The position numbers were made by a program, and so were the translations under genes. From Gnetum montanum (Eukaryota > Plantae > Gnetophyta), in contig MNCI01000366.1 in the NCBI GenBank assembly GCA_015680685.1, positions 157,203 through 221,202 of the forward strand: a DNA stretch of 64,000 bases, given 5' to 3'. Below the pieces are notes generated by a model. It searched no databases and was not told where the DNA came from. It saw nothing but the letters and a program-made list of their open reading frames with translations. Shown here one piece after another: positions 33,782-46,949 of the stretch; within the stretch, counting starts at the first letter, position 1, and each line of letters begins with the position of its first letter.

Positions 33782-34506
33782 NNNNNNNNNNNNNNNNNNN
33801 NNNNNNNNNNNNNNNNNNNNNNNNNNNNNNNNNNNNNNNNNNNNNNNNNNNNNNNNNNNNNNNNNNNNNNNNNNNNNNNNNNNNNNNNNNNNNNNNNNNN
33901 NNNNNNNNNNNNNNNNNNNNNNNNNNNNNNNNNNNNNNNNNNNNNNNNNNNNNNNNNNNNNNNNNNNNNNNNNNNNNNNNNNNNNNNNNNNNNNNNNNNN
34001 NNNNNNNNNNNNNNNNNNNNNNNNNNNNNNNNNNNNNNNNNNNNNNNNNNNNNNNNNNNNNNNNNNNNNNNNNNNNNNNNNNNNNNNNNNNNNNNNNNNN
34101 NNNNNNNNNNNNNNNNNNNNNNNNNNNNNNNNNNNNNNNNNNNNNNNNNNNNNNNNNNNNNNNNNNNNNNNNNNNNNNNNNNNNNNNNNNNNNNNNNNNN
34201 NNNNNNNNNNNNNNNNNNNNNNNNNNNNNNNNNNNNNNNNNNNNNNNNNNNNNNNNNNNNNNNNNNNNNNNNNNNNNNNNNNNNNNNNNNNNNNNNNNNN
34301 NNNNNNNNNNNNNNNNNNNNNNNNNNNNNNNNNNNNNNNNNNNNNNNNNNNNNNNNNNNNNNNNNNNNNNNNNNNNNNNNNNNNNNNNNNNNNNNNNNNN
34401 NNNNNNNNNNNNNNNNNNNNNNNNNNNNNNNNNNNNNNNNNNNNNNNNNNNNNNNNNNNNNNNNNNNNNNNNNNNNNNNNNNNNNNNNNNNNNNNNNNNN
34501 NNNNNN
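33782..34506. other. Assembly gap (725 N)
   Basis: Run of N. Confidence 1.
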
Positions 34507-34559
34507 ATGCAATCGTTACATTTCTCACAACCGCACGCCGCAACAGCACACACACATAC

Positions 34560-37500
34560 TCACATTAACTACTGAGTTTATTTGGAGGTATCTGGGCCTT
34601 GGTGTTGCCAGAGACCAGCAAGCACCTAAATCCTGTTTGAGGACACTCGTTGGCGGTCGCGTCCCAAACGGTCGCCAACAGTTTTGGCCAGGGGCATCTA
34701 AGTTCCTAGCATTCCTACTACAATACTTTAGTATGATGATGTGGTCACACTTAGCAACAGAGGCTGTAAGTGTCATCATCGAGACATTGCTATCTAGGAC
34801 CAACCAAGCCATATTGAGATTTATGTCCAATGAGCCCACTACCAGTGATGATAGAGTTGGTGGTCCAGGTCGTGGCCCTAGGATCACTCGTCCCTTATCT
34901 AGGATTTGGTAGATGTCAATGTTTTCTTGCTACAATAAGAGCAACACCCTCTTTGTTTCTCTGCATGTGCATAAAATTTTCTAGAATCCACTTGGAACTA
35001 TATACTACGCAGGAGGATAAGTGCTCTTATGATTTTTCATTGTGTTTCTCACCATTGGCTCATGTTAAGTTTGCTAACTGCTAACTACTCATGCTTAATG
35101 CTAAATTCAAAGTTGGTAACAAGGGTCTCCATGATGAGGAAGAGGCTCTTTCCTTGACTCACACTACCCTAGAGGTGTTCTCCTCTAGTCTGAACATGCA
35201 GGAGGCTATCCTTAAATAGTTAGCAAATGATCTAAAGGATTATCCAAGGTGATACTCAACTATGTTCAAGCAGTGTAAGGCCTATGATTAGCTTGATGAG
35301 GGGTGGGCTAGTGGTGAGCTCAACCTTGAGGAGATTCTTGCATTACCATCATTCCCATCTCACACACTATTTGTTTCACATAAGCATCTACTCTTTTGTT
35401 CTTATGCTTTCTCACCTGTGCACTTATTGATTTGCCCTTGCATAATGTTAACATTGTTGTTGCCTATATTGCAATTGCAGTTTCTTCAAAAGAGGTGATA
35501 GTTGTTACCACAGGCTGCACTAAGGCCATCCTCATCATGAAGTATGGTGATGTGGAGGGGGCACAAAATTGGTTGTGCCACCAAGCCTCAGAGGCATTGA
35601 ACAGTTGGCTCACACATGCTTGGTTGATGAACTTGTTTTTGGCCCTTAGCCCAAGCATTCTAGTGGCTAAAATGATCACTATCATTGACTCCTTCAACAA
35701 CGATATGTGCCACTTCATCACTCACATAAGTGGAGTGAGGGTAGTTCTAAACCTTAACAAGGCCCTCGTTGTTGACCTCTTTGGCCTTCCAACCAATGGC
35801 CTATTAGTCATTGACAAGGCCAACAATGAGGTAGACTACAAACAAGAGATTGAGAAGTGGTTGGGAGCCACCTGATCTCACAAAGGCTTCCCGATTAAAG
35901 ATGTGCATGTACATGAGGTTTAAGAGCTCTAGCCTCTCTTTCGTGCTTGCACCTTTCTAAAGTTGCTCTTCCAAGAAAAAATCCTTCAGGTGGAGTAGGC
36001 ACAAATGATGAAGGAGGTACTATAGGATGCCACAAGATTCAATTGGGCCTCCTACATCGCCACTAAACTACACGCAAAGATCACTAAGCTTCACTACAAC
36101 CTCCAAGCAAGGTCTCACATAGACTTTGTGTTCTTTGTAGCATATCTACAAAGGTTTGCAAAGCTTTTGGTGTTCTAATATAGTGGGCATTGGGTAGTGC
36201 AAGATTGTGACTAATTGTTTAAGCCTTGGGTGAAGCACATGTTTGCAACTACTTGCTCATAGGATCTTCCAAAAGGGATCCATAAGTCATGCTTAGTGAT
36301 GAACAAAGGCCACTTGGGGTGGTCACACTATTCTCATGATAGCATGGGCATGTGTCTCCCAATTTTTATTAGGGATGTGAACAAGGCCAACTACTATATT
36401 TCAAAAATAGTGGGGCCCTCCAAGAAAAAATCAAGAAGCTTATGCACAAATGTTGTAGGTTAGAATATGTATTGACACATTCATTTTATATTTTCATGTT
36501 TATATTTTTAGTATTTTTTACTACACTATGCTACTACTAAAATGTTATGTTTGTAAATTAGGAAAGAGGGTTGCTGAAGTAGCAACAACAACACTGGTAA
36601 AGTTAGCATATCCTCAAGTTGAGGAGGAGACACACAGGGAAGAGCTACATGAGGCTATTTCAATAGTTTGAGGTAGAGGGGCTATTTCATCCTAATGAGG
36701 GTGATTTTACCTACCTCTTAGATGGTATTCCATTGGGTGATCCCTCTGCTCTCACACCTAAGGGCTTGCTAGTAATTTTCATTAAGTTAACATTTTTTGT
36801 TGCTCTTTTGCTCTTGCATCTTTCACTATTTCGTTGTTGCTTATTACAATGTCAGGCTACAGCCTCAAACATGCCTTCTTGCGGTCCACCACCTACATAT
36901 ACCTACTACATGAAGCCATGGGTAGAGATGTTAGACAAGTTTTCCTGCATGGAAGTCATTGTGGAAGATATGGTAGACTTCCTACAATAGGTGGATCCTA
37001 AACTCAGTATGCATATGATGTTGTTTTTTGTATGTTGCTTTACCAATTTTAATGCTTAGTCTATGGCTAATGTTGATTTTCTTGTCACTTGCCAATAAGT
37101 TCTAAGCTCCACTAGGATCTAATCCAAGTGGAAAAATTAGATGTCATCCTCAAGTACCCTCCTAAAGTAGAGTAAGTCCCTCGCCATGTGTATGAGGCAA
37201 CCAGCAAGTGCATGCTTTCCTATGCAAAAGCATTATGGATCTGTAGGTGCTCAAACAAGCACCTGTGAAAACATGTGCATGAACTTCAAGAGAGAGTGGT
37301 GAGCTAAGATATAAAATTTGGGGACCTCCAATTCCAATATGACTTCTTTGCAGCCTGGTCATGGGGAGATAGTAGTTGGAAAACCGTAGAGATTAACTGT
37401 GCTAGGTATTGGTTAACCATTCAAGGAAAGAATGAGGCCATCCATGAGATCATTGAGTAGTGGTTACAGATGGATCTACTTGCCCAGAAAAGTCAAGATT

Positions 37501-38100
37501 GGAAGAATTTCAGTGCTAAAGTGTGCAAGTTGGGGCATACACAGAAAAGCCACAAACACCACTATAAGCATGACTAATATGCATATCTTCAGCAACTCAA
37601 GGGAGAGTCCATTGATCACTACCACCTTGAGATGTTTGTTAAGGTGATTGGTGGGAGGCGACACACCTTTGAGATATTTACTCACCACACAGTGGGTAGT
37701 GATTCCCTGGAGAGGGAGATTATCATGCCCTCAAGGGAGACTTTGTCTACCACCATTTCCATGTAGTTACCTACATGGACTGTTGTGGACAAAGGTCAAA
37801 CCCTCATGGGAGTTGACTTTGGCCAAGGGGATTGGATGTGACTATCTAAGGCTAAGATCCTCCAATGTTTATAGGAGGGTGTTGATAGCTTGCCTCCAAA
37901 TATGGTTGATGCAAGACCCTCTTAGGTTATTTTTTTATGTTGTTTTCATGCTTTTTGATGTTAGTTTGTATATTGTATTTTTTTCTTATAAATTTGCGTA
38001 GTGTCATTGTTGTTAATAAGTTCCAAGCAACATTGCAGGCCCTAGCAATGCAATGGATGAGGAGAGCCCTTCACACCCACCCAAAACCATTGGTTCAGCA
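34560..38100 (+). pseudogene. Antisense accessory gene of D (decayed homologue of 21648-26124)
   Basis: WPGASKFLAFLLQYFSMMMWSH...RPLSRIW...YNKSNTLF...NPLGTIYYAGG; WLMNLFLALSPSI...DLFGLPTNGL...IEKWLG; FNWASYIA. Confidence 0.78.
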
Positions 38101-38295
38101 AATCCTAATGTAGCCCTATTGTTGGGCAGTTTGCATTTTTGTGTATTTTTTGGTTGTATGAAGCAAATGATCATGCTATGTACTTTTATTTATATGAGAT
38201 GAAACAGACAATTTGCTATGTAAAGTGTATAATGTGTAAAATTTTTCATTTATTTGTTATATGTTTAATGCTAATGATGTGTTGAAAACATGGCA

Positions 38296-38488
38296 ACTAC
38301 TAGTTTTAGGTCATTTCAGGCCATGTGCGTAGATAGTGTGTGTTGGTAGTTTTAGACCATTCCAGGCCATGTGATAAAGGAAAAAGATTGCTAGTTTTAG
38401 GCCATGGCAGGCCATGTGATATTTTAAGGCCTTTTAACGCCATGCATTGAAGGGAAGAAGATTTCTAGCTTTAGGCCATGGTGGGCCT
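38296..38488 (-). repeat. Motif array after the D protease
   Basis: About 5 units of tagttttaggcc(at)...ggcc. Confidence 0.8.
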
Positions 38489-38723
38489 TGTATTTTTTAA
38501 ATTTTTGAATTTTACGATTTTTATGTGTATAAACTAACAGCTAAAAAAATAAACAAGTGAAGATGTAGGCTAAGTGAAAATGCACAAATAAAAGAAATAT
38601 ATGTATAATATAGGTAAAGAATGTAAAATTCTAACAACCAAGCTAATGTAAAATGCAAACAAGCAAAGTATGCAAAAGTGGGGGCAAGCAAGCACCTAGC
38701 ATACTTTGGACTAAGGCGATGCC

Positions 38724-41700
38724 TTAGTCGTGCAATCGTTTGCTAATTCGGTGTGGGTTAGGAGGCATGTAGGGCCTAGATAGTACTATATGATACTCAC
38801 CTTGACCTTTTTTAGCTATGTCATAGGGTAATTTTTCCCACAAAGCTTCCTCCAAGAGGTTAGGGGCTCTTGTTAACTCCTCAAGTTGGTCTGATTCAAG
38901 CATTTTTCCCTCATCCTTCATGGGAGGTGCGTCATTGGGGAACTCCACCTTTGACCCTTATTCAGTGTCAATGTTGCTAATAGTCATAGGGGCTGCATTA
39001 TCACCATAGATGATAACCTCTCCACCTTCATATGAAAGGTGGATTTCTTGGTGGATGGGGGAGGAGATGGCCCACAGCTAGGCCAACCAAGGCCTACCTA
39101 AGATAAGGTTGGAACCTGGCATCTCTTTAATCATAATGAATTTAACAGTGGTGAGGAATTGTTCCCTACCATGAAGGATATTATGACTATTCCCCTTACA
39201 CTGCACATGACCCATTAAATGATTTCAGGCATGTTTTCTTTGTAGGTTTGATTTGATCAACAAGATCGAACTTATCAATGACTATGTATGGGATGACATT
39301 GGTTGTCGTCCCATCGTCAACATGCATCCTACAGATTCTGCATTATTCCATATGGATGGTGATAAACATTAGCATGGTAATTACTTCACCCTTCTCAAGG
39401 TTCACCTTAATCACCTCATCGCAAAATGTTAGGGTATTCCTATGGGGGAGGAGGTAACATCACAGCATGGATGAATTGTTTATCCACTATGATGTCATCC
39501 GTGACAAGAATAGAGGTCAACATGTGAACTAACACTTTGTGATGGGCAAAGGGAATATAATCAAGTCATATAGACTTAATTTTGTGTTTTTTCTAAAGCC
39601 TATTTAAATGGAACAATGCATCAAGGAAGTACTTTCCACTATCTGCTATTTTGTTGTTGGCCTTCATCTCCTCCATGCAACCCAAGAGATAGATCTCTCA
39701 TGGAGGGGACTTTGGCTTTGCTTGCCTTGCTTTCTTTGGAGCCTTAGTGCTCCTTTGTTGGTTGCTTACTGTGGCCTCTTTAGTTGATTGGATCATTGGA
39801 ACTAAGGATAAGGGGATAAGCTTCAGTGGACTTAATGCCCTTTGCTCTTGCTATTGCCTAAGCATTTGATCATCAAGGTGCTCATTGGACCTCCTGAGTT
39901 GCCATCTTGATTGAATATTGTTGTTGGCTATAGGATGGGACTTTGGGTGAGCAAGGACTAATGCATTGTCCACCATCAAACTTCCAGCATGTAGGGATTC
40001 CACACATTGTGGCACCCTTATAATGAAGGATGATTGTGTTATTACTTTCGTGACATGCTATGGGACCCTAATCACAAAGGGTGTTATGGGTTCTTGAGGT
40101 GATGCTCTGACAATAAAAGGAGTTCTCAAAGTGGTTGATGTTGAGGAGGCCCTAGTGCTACCAAAGGACACATGAACCACGAATGGTACTTGCATCGATT
40201 CTAAATCATCATCAATGCAAATGGTATTGATGATGTACTATGGACTACTTGCATTGAGAGGATCCTTGTAAACCCCCATTGATTGGTTTTGGGGGCACAC
40301 TAGGTTGGTTGTGTCAAGGACCAACTTGCCCTTGTTAACCATGTGTTGTATGTCATCCTGCAAAGCCATGCAAAAATCTATATTGTGACCCTGCAATTGG
40401 TGATATTGGCAAAAATGGTCCAATCTAAAATGCTTAGGAATGGGAGGCTTATTTGGTAGTGTGGCTAAGCGATTCCTGAGGAGCTCGCAATATCAATCAT
40501 GCTACTTGTGAGCATCTGTAGACATCTACTTATACTAGATTCATCCAACATGAAGCAGTTGGTCCAAGAGCTCTGACAGCTTAATGGGAAATGGTGTGTA
40601 CTTTGAGTGATTCTTCCACTCGAAGTTCAGCCTTGAGGTAGCTGGTGCCATGGCCACCAATGATACGGACTGATTGTTTGTTGCAAGACTAGAGCTAGTC
40701 ACCTTGTTGTTGTTGGCTAGAGCCTTGTGTGACTTAGTCATTGGTTTGGCATTTTTTGGCTTAGCCTCATTGGCCACCATTATGATAGTTGTGCTTGCTT
40801 GCTTTTCTTTGTCCATGTTCTTTTATTTCTTTGCATGCAATTTTTATAGGCCACGTAGATCAGATCCTTGTTGGCCTCCATTACATCCTGAATGCTCTTG
40901 GTTTAAGTGAACACTTGGCTCAAGGATTGTGGGGCAAGGTAATACAGCTTTGACTCGATGAAGTCATTCACTACAACCTTGAAAATGGCTAGAAAGTATG
41001 TTTTTGAAATGGGCTTATGGATTTCATTGAGTGACGTGCTCTAGTGTTGGATGAATTTTTGCACAAGCTCAAAATGACCCTGCTTAACTTACATAAACTG
41101 ATCTAGGATGACCTCAAGCTTTAAGTTGTACTTGAAGCACATGACGAATTGGGTGAGCAACTCCTCCAAAGAAGAAATAGAGCCCTTGGGGAGCACGTGG
41201 TAGTAATCTAGTGCCTTACCAATTAGGGACATGGTGAACACATGGATTATTGCATGTGGCCATGCCTACAGTACAAGGCATTCAGACTGGAAGGTCACTA
41301 GATAGGCATTAGGATCCCCTTCACCATTGTATTTGGTGAATTAGGGTAATGGGACTCCTATGGGTAATGCCAGTGGTGGAACTATAGGACTGATTGGATC
41401 ATCCTAGTAAAAGTACATCACATGGATGATTTCAAAGGAGGTGGCCTTGAGCCACTTGACCTCTTTGGTGAGGCTTTGGATCAACTAGAACGCTTAATCC
41501 AATCTTGGTGTGGTTGTGATGCACTACATCAGTTATGTCACCTATTGTGCTATTTGGATGGCACACAACCTAGCTCCAGGCTATGTGACCACACATGATT
41601 CTTTTTGTATGGGTTGTGTGATAGACATAGCTCTTGGCTCCCACCACATGTTTGTGGGCTGGGCCATCTTGAAGGGTGTTGACATGATAGGCAACAAGAT

Positions 41701-42483
41701 GAATGATGCATGAGTTGTATGTAGCTAAGACATGATAGGCGGAAGGAAAAATGACACTTGAGCCATATGCAACTGAGAGATGTGCACAATGTGCACATAA
41801 GGTTGCATACATGTAGTGGTTAATGGTACAAAAGGTTGAATGGGCTAAATGGGCTAGAAAAACTAAGCAGGCTGTGAAGGTATGACAAAGGGTAGGCTGA
41901 AATGAAAGCTAAAGGGAAGTGCAACATCCTAGTGCATCTACTATGTTTGATGAGTCACCACCATAGGCAATGATACCTAGCTGACAGAGGATTGAGATAG
42001 TGAAGGCATAGAAGTAGAGGCTATCCACTGGAATGAGATGTGGAATAAGTCATCATGCTTGGATCCAACTTTCAACTCATCCAGGTCCTCCTTCAGGGGC
42101 TCCTCGTAGTCAATCCTTGCCTCATGTCCAAGGTTGAAGATGATGTTATCCAGCATCCACTGGCAAGGCTCTATGAGTAGAATAAAGTTCATGGTGGAAG
42201 GAAACCATTCATTTCCATTTTTGTGTATGAGTTCAAAACTACATTTCACATCCATTTCTTGGTAGTCTATGTATACACCCACTTGGAGATTCATGCAAAT
42301 GAAGTTATATTGCTCATCATTGAGCACCATGAACTCGAGAGGTAGGTTGCACAACCTAAAACTTCATCTCTATTCTGCTAGGACAGGTCCTCCAACTCCA
42401 AGAAGGTTAATCTAGATCTCTTGTTGAACAGGCCAGAGAATAACCGCACTTGAAGCGAAGGTTGAAGGTTACTTGGGATTCAT
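38724..42483 (-). pseudogene. gag: gag-protease of D (decayed)
   Basis: KYNGEGDPNAY, FCQYHQLQGHNIDFC knuckle and protease HVDDGTTTNVI. Tail RISKRLHD then stop. Confidence 0.87.
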
Positions 42484-42932
42484 AATGTAAAAGGGGGAGA
42501 TGCAAAAGTTGTTGATGAAAGGCCAAAAGATGCTAACTCTACTAACTAGAAAAAAAGCTAAGTGCAAGAATGCAGAAAAATGGCTAGGTATAAAATTACT
42601 AAAAAAAATGGCTAAGTATAAAAGAGCCGAAAAGTGACTAAGTCTTAAATGTAGAGAAAAATGACTAAGTGTAAGTTGCTGAGAAAATGGCTAACTCTAG
42701 GACTATTCTCAGAGCCAACTATGCTCACTATGTTGTGAGCTAACTATGCTCTCCTGAGCACCTAGAATTTGGCTAAGTGTTTGAAGTAAGCTCTGGTGGC
42801 TATCAAGCAGGTATCCAAGGGAACTGACAATGGGGGACCAATCTACATGGGGATGCATAGAACACACAAAGAAACAACAAAGAGAGGTCAAAGAAGGAAA
42901 TGGCAAAAGCCCTCCTTCTAGCATCAAAAACT

Positions 42933-44529
42933 TGTAGTGGCTAAAAATGTTAGAGTCTGCAATGGTACATTGAGAGGTCCATGGTCATACAGCATTGACC
43001 TCGCATCCACATGAAGGCCTACTGGAAAATGGAGGTGGGGTGCCTAGAAAAATCTTATCGATCAAACTAGGACTTAAGGGGTGTTACGAAAAAATGAATG
43101 AGGGGTTTGCATGGTGTTTGCAATGTCCATGGTGTCTATGGGGGTGAGCATAGTCAAGGTTTTTAGTATAAAAAAAGGGTGTAAACATGTGAATATGTGT
43201 AAAAATGGCAAAACAATGTGAGTAGGATGCTAAAATGCAAGAGTAAATGCTAAGAATGTGCAAGATGTGAGTGAGAGAGAAAGAAGCACCACCCCAAATG
43301 AAGGGGAGCATAGGTAAACTGCAAGAGAAGGTAAGGAGGTATGTGGTGTACAAAAAAGTGTAGAAGGAAGTGTATTCATAGTCTCAGGGTGTCTAGGCTA
43401 TGAAAACTAACATCTACCATGAAGTCTAAGCTTGCTAGTTTGGTTTCTATGATGTCCTGTGAGCTACGGTGGTTTGCGGTGTGCAAGGTGGTGTGCAACA
43501 ATGCCAAATGTTGTCCCAAAGTATACCAAAATGCCAAGTGCGCTCATGGGCCAAATGCCAAAATGCCAGTTGAATGCAAGAGTTTCCAATCAAATTCTTC
43601 AAATGCCAACCTTGCTTTTAATTTTTCAACCCCTAAAACATGGAACATTGGGGCATTTATAGGCCTAGGATTAGCGTGAACTATGGATTGAGCACCACAT
43701 GGAAAAGGGGTAGTCGAAACTACACTAGCCCCAACTATGCTCCCACTAAAGCAAATGGTGTTCTACTGGTGTGCTCTAATGGACCCTGTGATACTACCAA
43801 ACTATGACTACGCTGCTAAGACTACATGTGTGAGTGCTAAATAGACTGCAATGTACCTAAAAAATGCAAAACAGTGCAATTTTGGAGACTACACTCTAGG
43901 ACTATGTTGTCCACTCTCTTGAGTGTTGTCGAGTGTAGGTACAATTTTGGGGCAAATGGGGAGTGCAAAGGAAATGAAAATTACTGATCTTGCTTGTCGA
44001 AGGAATGTTGGATTTGAGATGCTAGTTGGTGCTAAGTTTTGGAGGCTTCTAAAGGTAGTTTTGCATGAATATGTTGACTACACTTTAGAGCATACTCCCA
44101 AGAGGTAGAAAAATTTTGCCAAAATATGTATTTCAGTGTAGACTATGCTCTAGAGTGTAGTCCTAGTAGTGAAAGTGTAGCCTTAACACTTAGAAAAAAC
44201 TAGTAGAAACTGATGTCCTTATGAAGACTACACTCTGGAGCATAGTAGGGAGCATAGCCTCAAAAGTTAGAAAATCTTCCAAACTATTTCTTTCATCCCA
44301 AGCCAACCTAACAACCTTTGGCTTGACACTTAGGGAAATTTGCAAAACTAGCCATCTCTGTTCCAACTACACTAACTATTCTCTAGAGCATAGTCTTAGG
44401 AGGGAGAGTGTAGTCAGGACACTTGGAAAATTTTGCAACTACCATCAACACTTAGACAAATCTTCCAAGCTTTGACACTTAGACAAATCTGCAGTCAAGA
44501 CCTAGTGGCCTAGATTTGGTGGTGTTTCA
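42933..44529 (-). repeat. 5' LTR of D
   Basis: Starts TGAAACACC on - and ends ...CCACTACA next to the PBS. Contains ctacactctagag-type repeats. Confidence 0.82.
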
Positions 44530-45065
44530 CTTGGTAAAGACATTCAACATCAAATGGAAAATCTTCATAGCCTAGTTTGTTAACACGAATGAACTATTTC
44601 CTTCAATGTCATGCCTGTGAGATGTCCTAGCACCAACCCACATTGACAAAGCCATGTGGCCTATGTATGATCCATATGGCAAAGAGAAGAAAATGTAAGT
44701 GCTTTTGGATGCTTTCAAGCTTCCAACAAAAGCAACAGTAGTCATAAGCCAACCTTAATCTCCACCAACATCGAGATGGAACAAGGGATCATCAATATCA
44801 TAGGAACCTTCACCTATAGGCATTGTTTGAAACTTTATTATATCTTTTATAATTCTATAGGAACCTACTATAATTTTTGAAAAGTATCCAATTTAATTGT
44901 AATAGATACTAGTTCTTGTAATCATGTACAATCTAGCATTTAGCGTTAGTTAAGAATCAGTTAATCTTTCTTTCAATTAATAAATTCCATACCTCCCAAT
45001 TTTGTAAGAAAATTAATCCTAAATCTATTGACTTGAGTATGAATTTTCAATTAGTCATGAGGGTA

Positions 45066-45893
45066 TGATGAAATATCAATAATATAGGCTATGTAGACAC
45101 ATGCCTGTCAATGCAACCCCATCGACATATCCCTATCGATGCATGGTAGGAGACATTGATGCAAATACATTGATAATGATGTAGTCATTACTAATATAAA
45201 TGAGTGCATCCCCTACATTTATGGAATCTTTAAATTGTAGCCTTAGATGAACTCTTGTAGTTTTCTCTCCCTAGAGTTGAATTTTTTTGTCTCTGACTAT
45301 CCACAGTATGGATCTAAGAAATTATATAAAGTTCTATTCAAGTGCCTATGTACCTAAACATATTAGCATGAGCTATAATAAAATCAAGATTTTGTACATC
45401 CATTGCAGCACTTAAAGTAGCTTAACTTTACATTCTTGCACTTTAATTTCTATGCACTTTACATTAATATTTTTAATTAGTTACTATAATTCATCATAAA
45501 CACGAGTATGACCACTTCGAGCATAAAGTATTAACACTTGGTTACCTAGTAGTGTTAATACTAGTTTGGGATGTGTACAACAAGTGGAAATGATTACTCC
45601 AAATTAGGATAATTTTTTTAATAGGCTATTTAAACAATTAGGCATTTAATTAGTCAACCTTCACTCAATTATCTAGTTGTTAAGAGAAAAATATAAAAAT
45701 ACTTATAAAGATATAGATCATGTGCCTTAATCCACACTTAATCATACATACCAACTATATACCAATGTGAATTAAGAAGATAACAATCTTACAACCCCAC
45801 AATTCAATGTTATGGATATCAGCCACTTAGGTAACTAGGTCCACGGAATTTAATGGAATCTCTAGCTCATGCTTGTGATTCAAATGGTCAATC
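45066..45893 (+). repeat. Athila-like LTR remnant related to 58254-59120
   Basis: Starts TGATGAA and shares gtatgaccacttc, acacttaatcataca and gtccaYggaatt blocks with the F LTR. The right end is uncertain. Confidence 0.6.
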
Positions 45894-46949
45894 ATAGCAA
45901 GGATTACACAAAATGTGACATAAGTTGTCTTATCATAAGTATAATGAAATGCATGGTTAAAGTAATCATTATCCTATTTGTCCAAGATCCAAACCAAGTC
46001 CATACTACTTACCAATGACATTACATTGTACCACCCAAAAAATTACAACCATGAGATGATCACAACTACAAGAAATATCACAACTTGGTAATGAATAATA
46101 AGAAAGAAATTTATTAATAAAGTATTTTATTTTGAAGGAGACTTGGCCATCAAATAGGGGAGTGCTCTTAGGCATGGGTACCATGTCTTTCTAGCCCCAT
46201 AACAAATGCAAGTCTAAGAAATCTTTTTAGATTCCTAAGAAGTCATCTACCTTTGGCATGGGTAACATGTCTTTCTAATGGAATCCCTAAGAAGTTGTAT
46301 TATCTATATTTATTATTTAATTATCATGTCAACGCTACCAAATAAATACCTTCAGGCATGAGTAACATGTCTTTCTAGTATCATGCTTTGATTTTACGAT
46401 AGAACACAAGTAAATGATACAACTTAACATCATAATAAGACTCATAGAAGTAGTTTTGAGAATCCAAAAATCATCTTCATAATACATCTTTTTCATTCCC
46501 ACTTGGTTCTCTACATTTTCATCTAGGCATAATGATCACAAGTTTATTTTAGTTTTATTATGATGAAAATATCATTATGTCCATGGTAAGAACCTCTAAT
46601 TATTGGTAATGAGTGGATGAATAATGTGGTCTTACTATATATACAATTATTCCTTGAATGATCTAATAACATAGAGTGAAATTCTTATTATCTCAACTAC
46701 ATCTTTTTTATTACTTGATACTTATTAGAAAAATCAACAAAAATACATACATTAAAAATGGAAAAATTTTATAAAGAATTAAAGATATACAAGAATAGGA
46801 AAATTTATAAAGAATTTGAAAGATGTTAAGAAATGAAGAAAATACAAAGAATTTAGAAAAATAGTTTGAAATTAGAAAAAATGAAGGCAAAAAATGTAAA
46901 AAGAATTTTCAATGCCTAAGGACAAGAAATGATACCTCCATGACTATTA

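Larger units (their letters stand above)
34507..44529 (-). mobile_element. Tat-type element D (5' LTR, PBS, gag-PR, array, antisense gene; pol side lost at the gap)
   Basis: LTR 42933-44529 (tgtagtgg...ggtgtttca), PBS tgatgctagaaggaggg at 42910-42926, gag-PR and an antisense gene homologous to C. Confidence 0.88.

Noticed and set aside
33686-34912. Long ORFs spanning 33.7-34.9 kb
   Set aside because: They are artefacts of translating through the N gap. Only the part after 34560 is meaningful.
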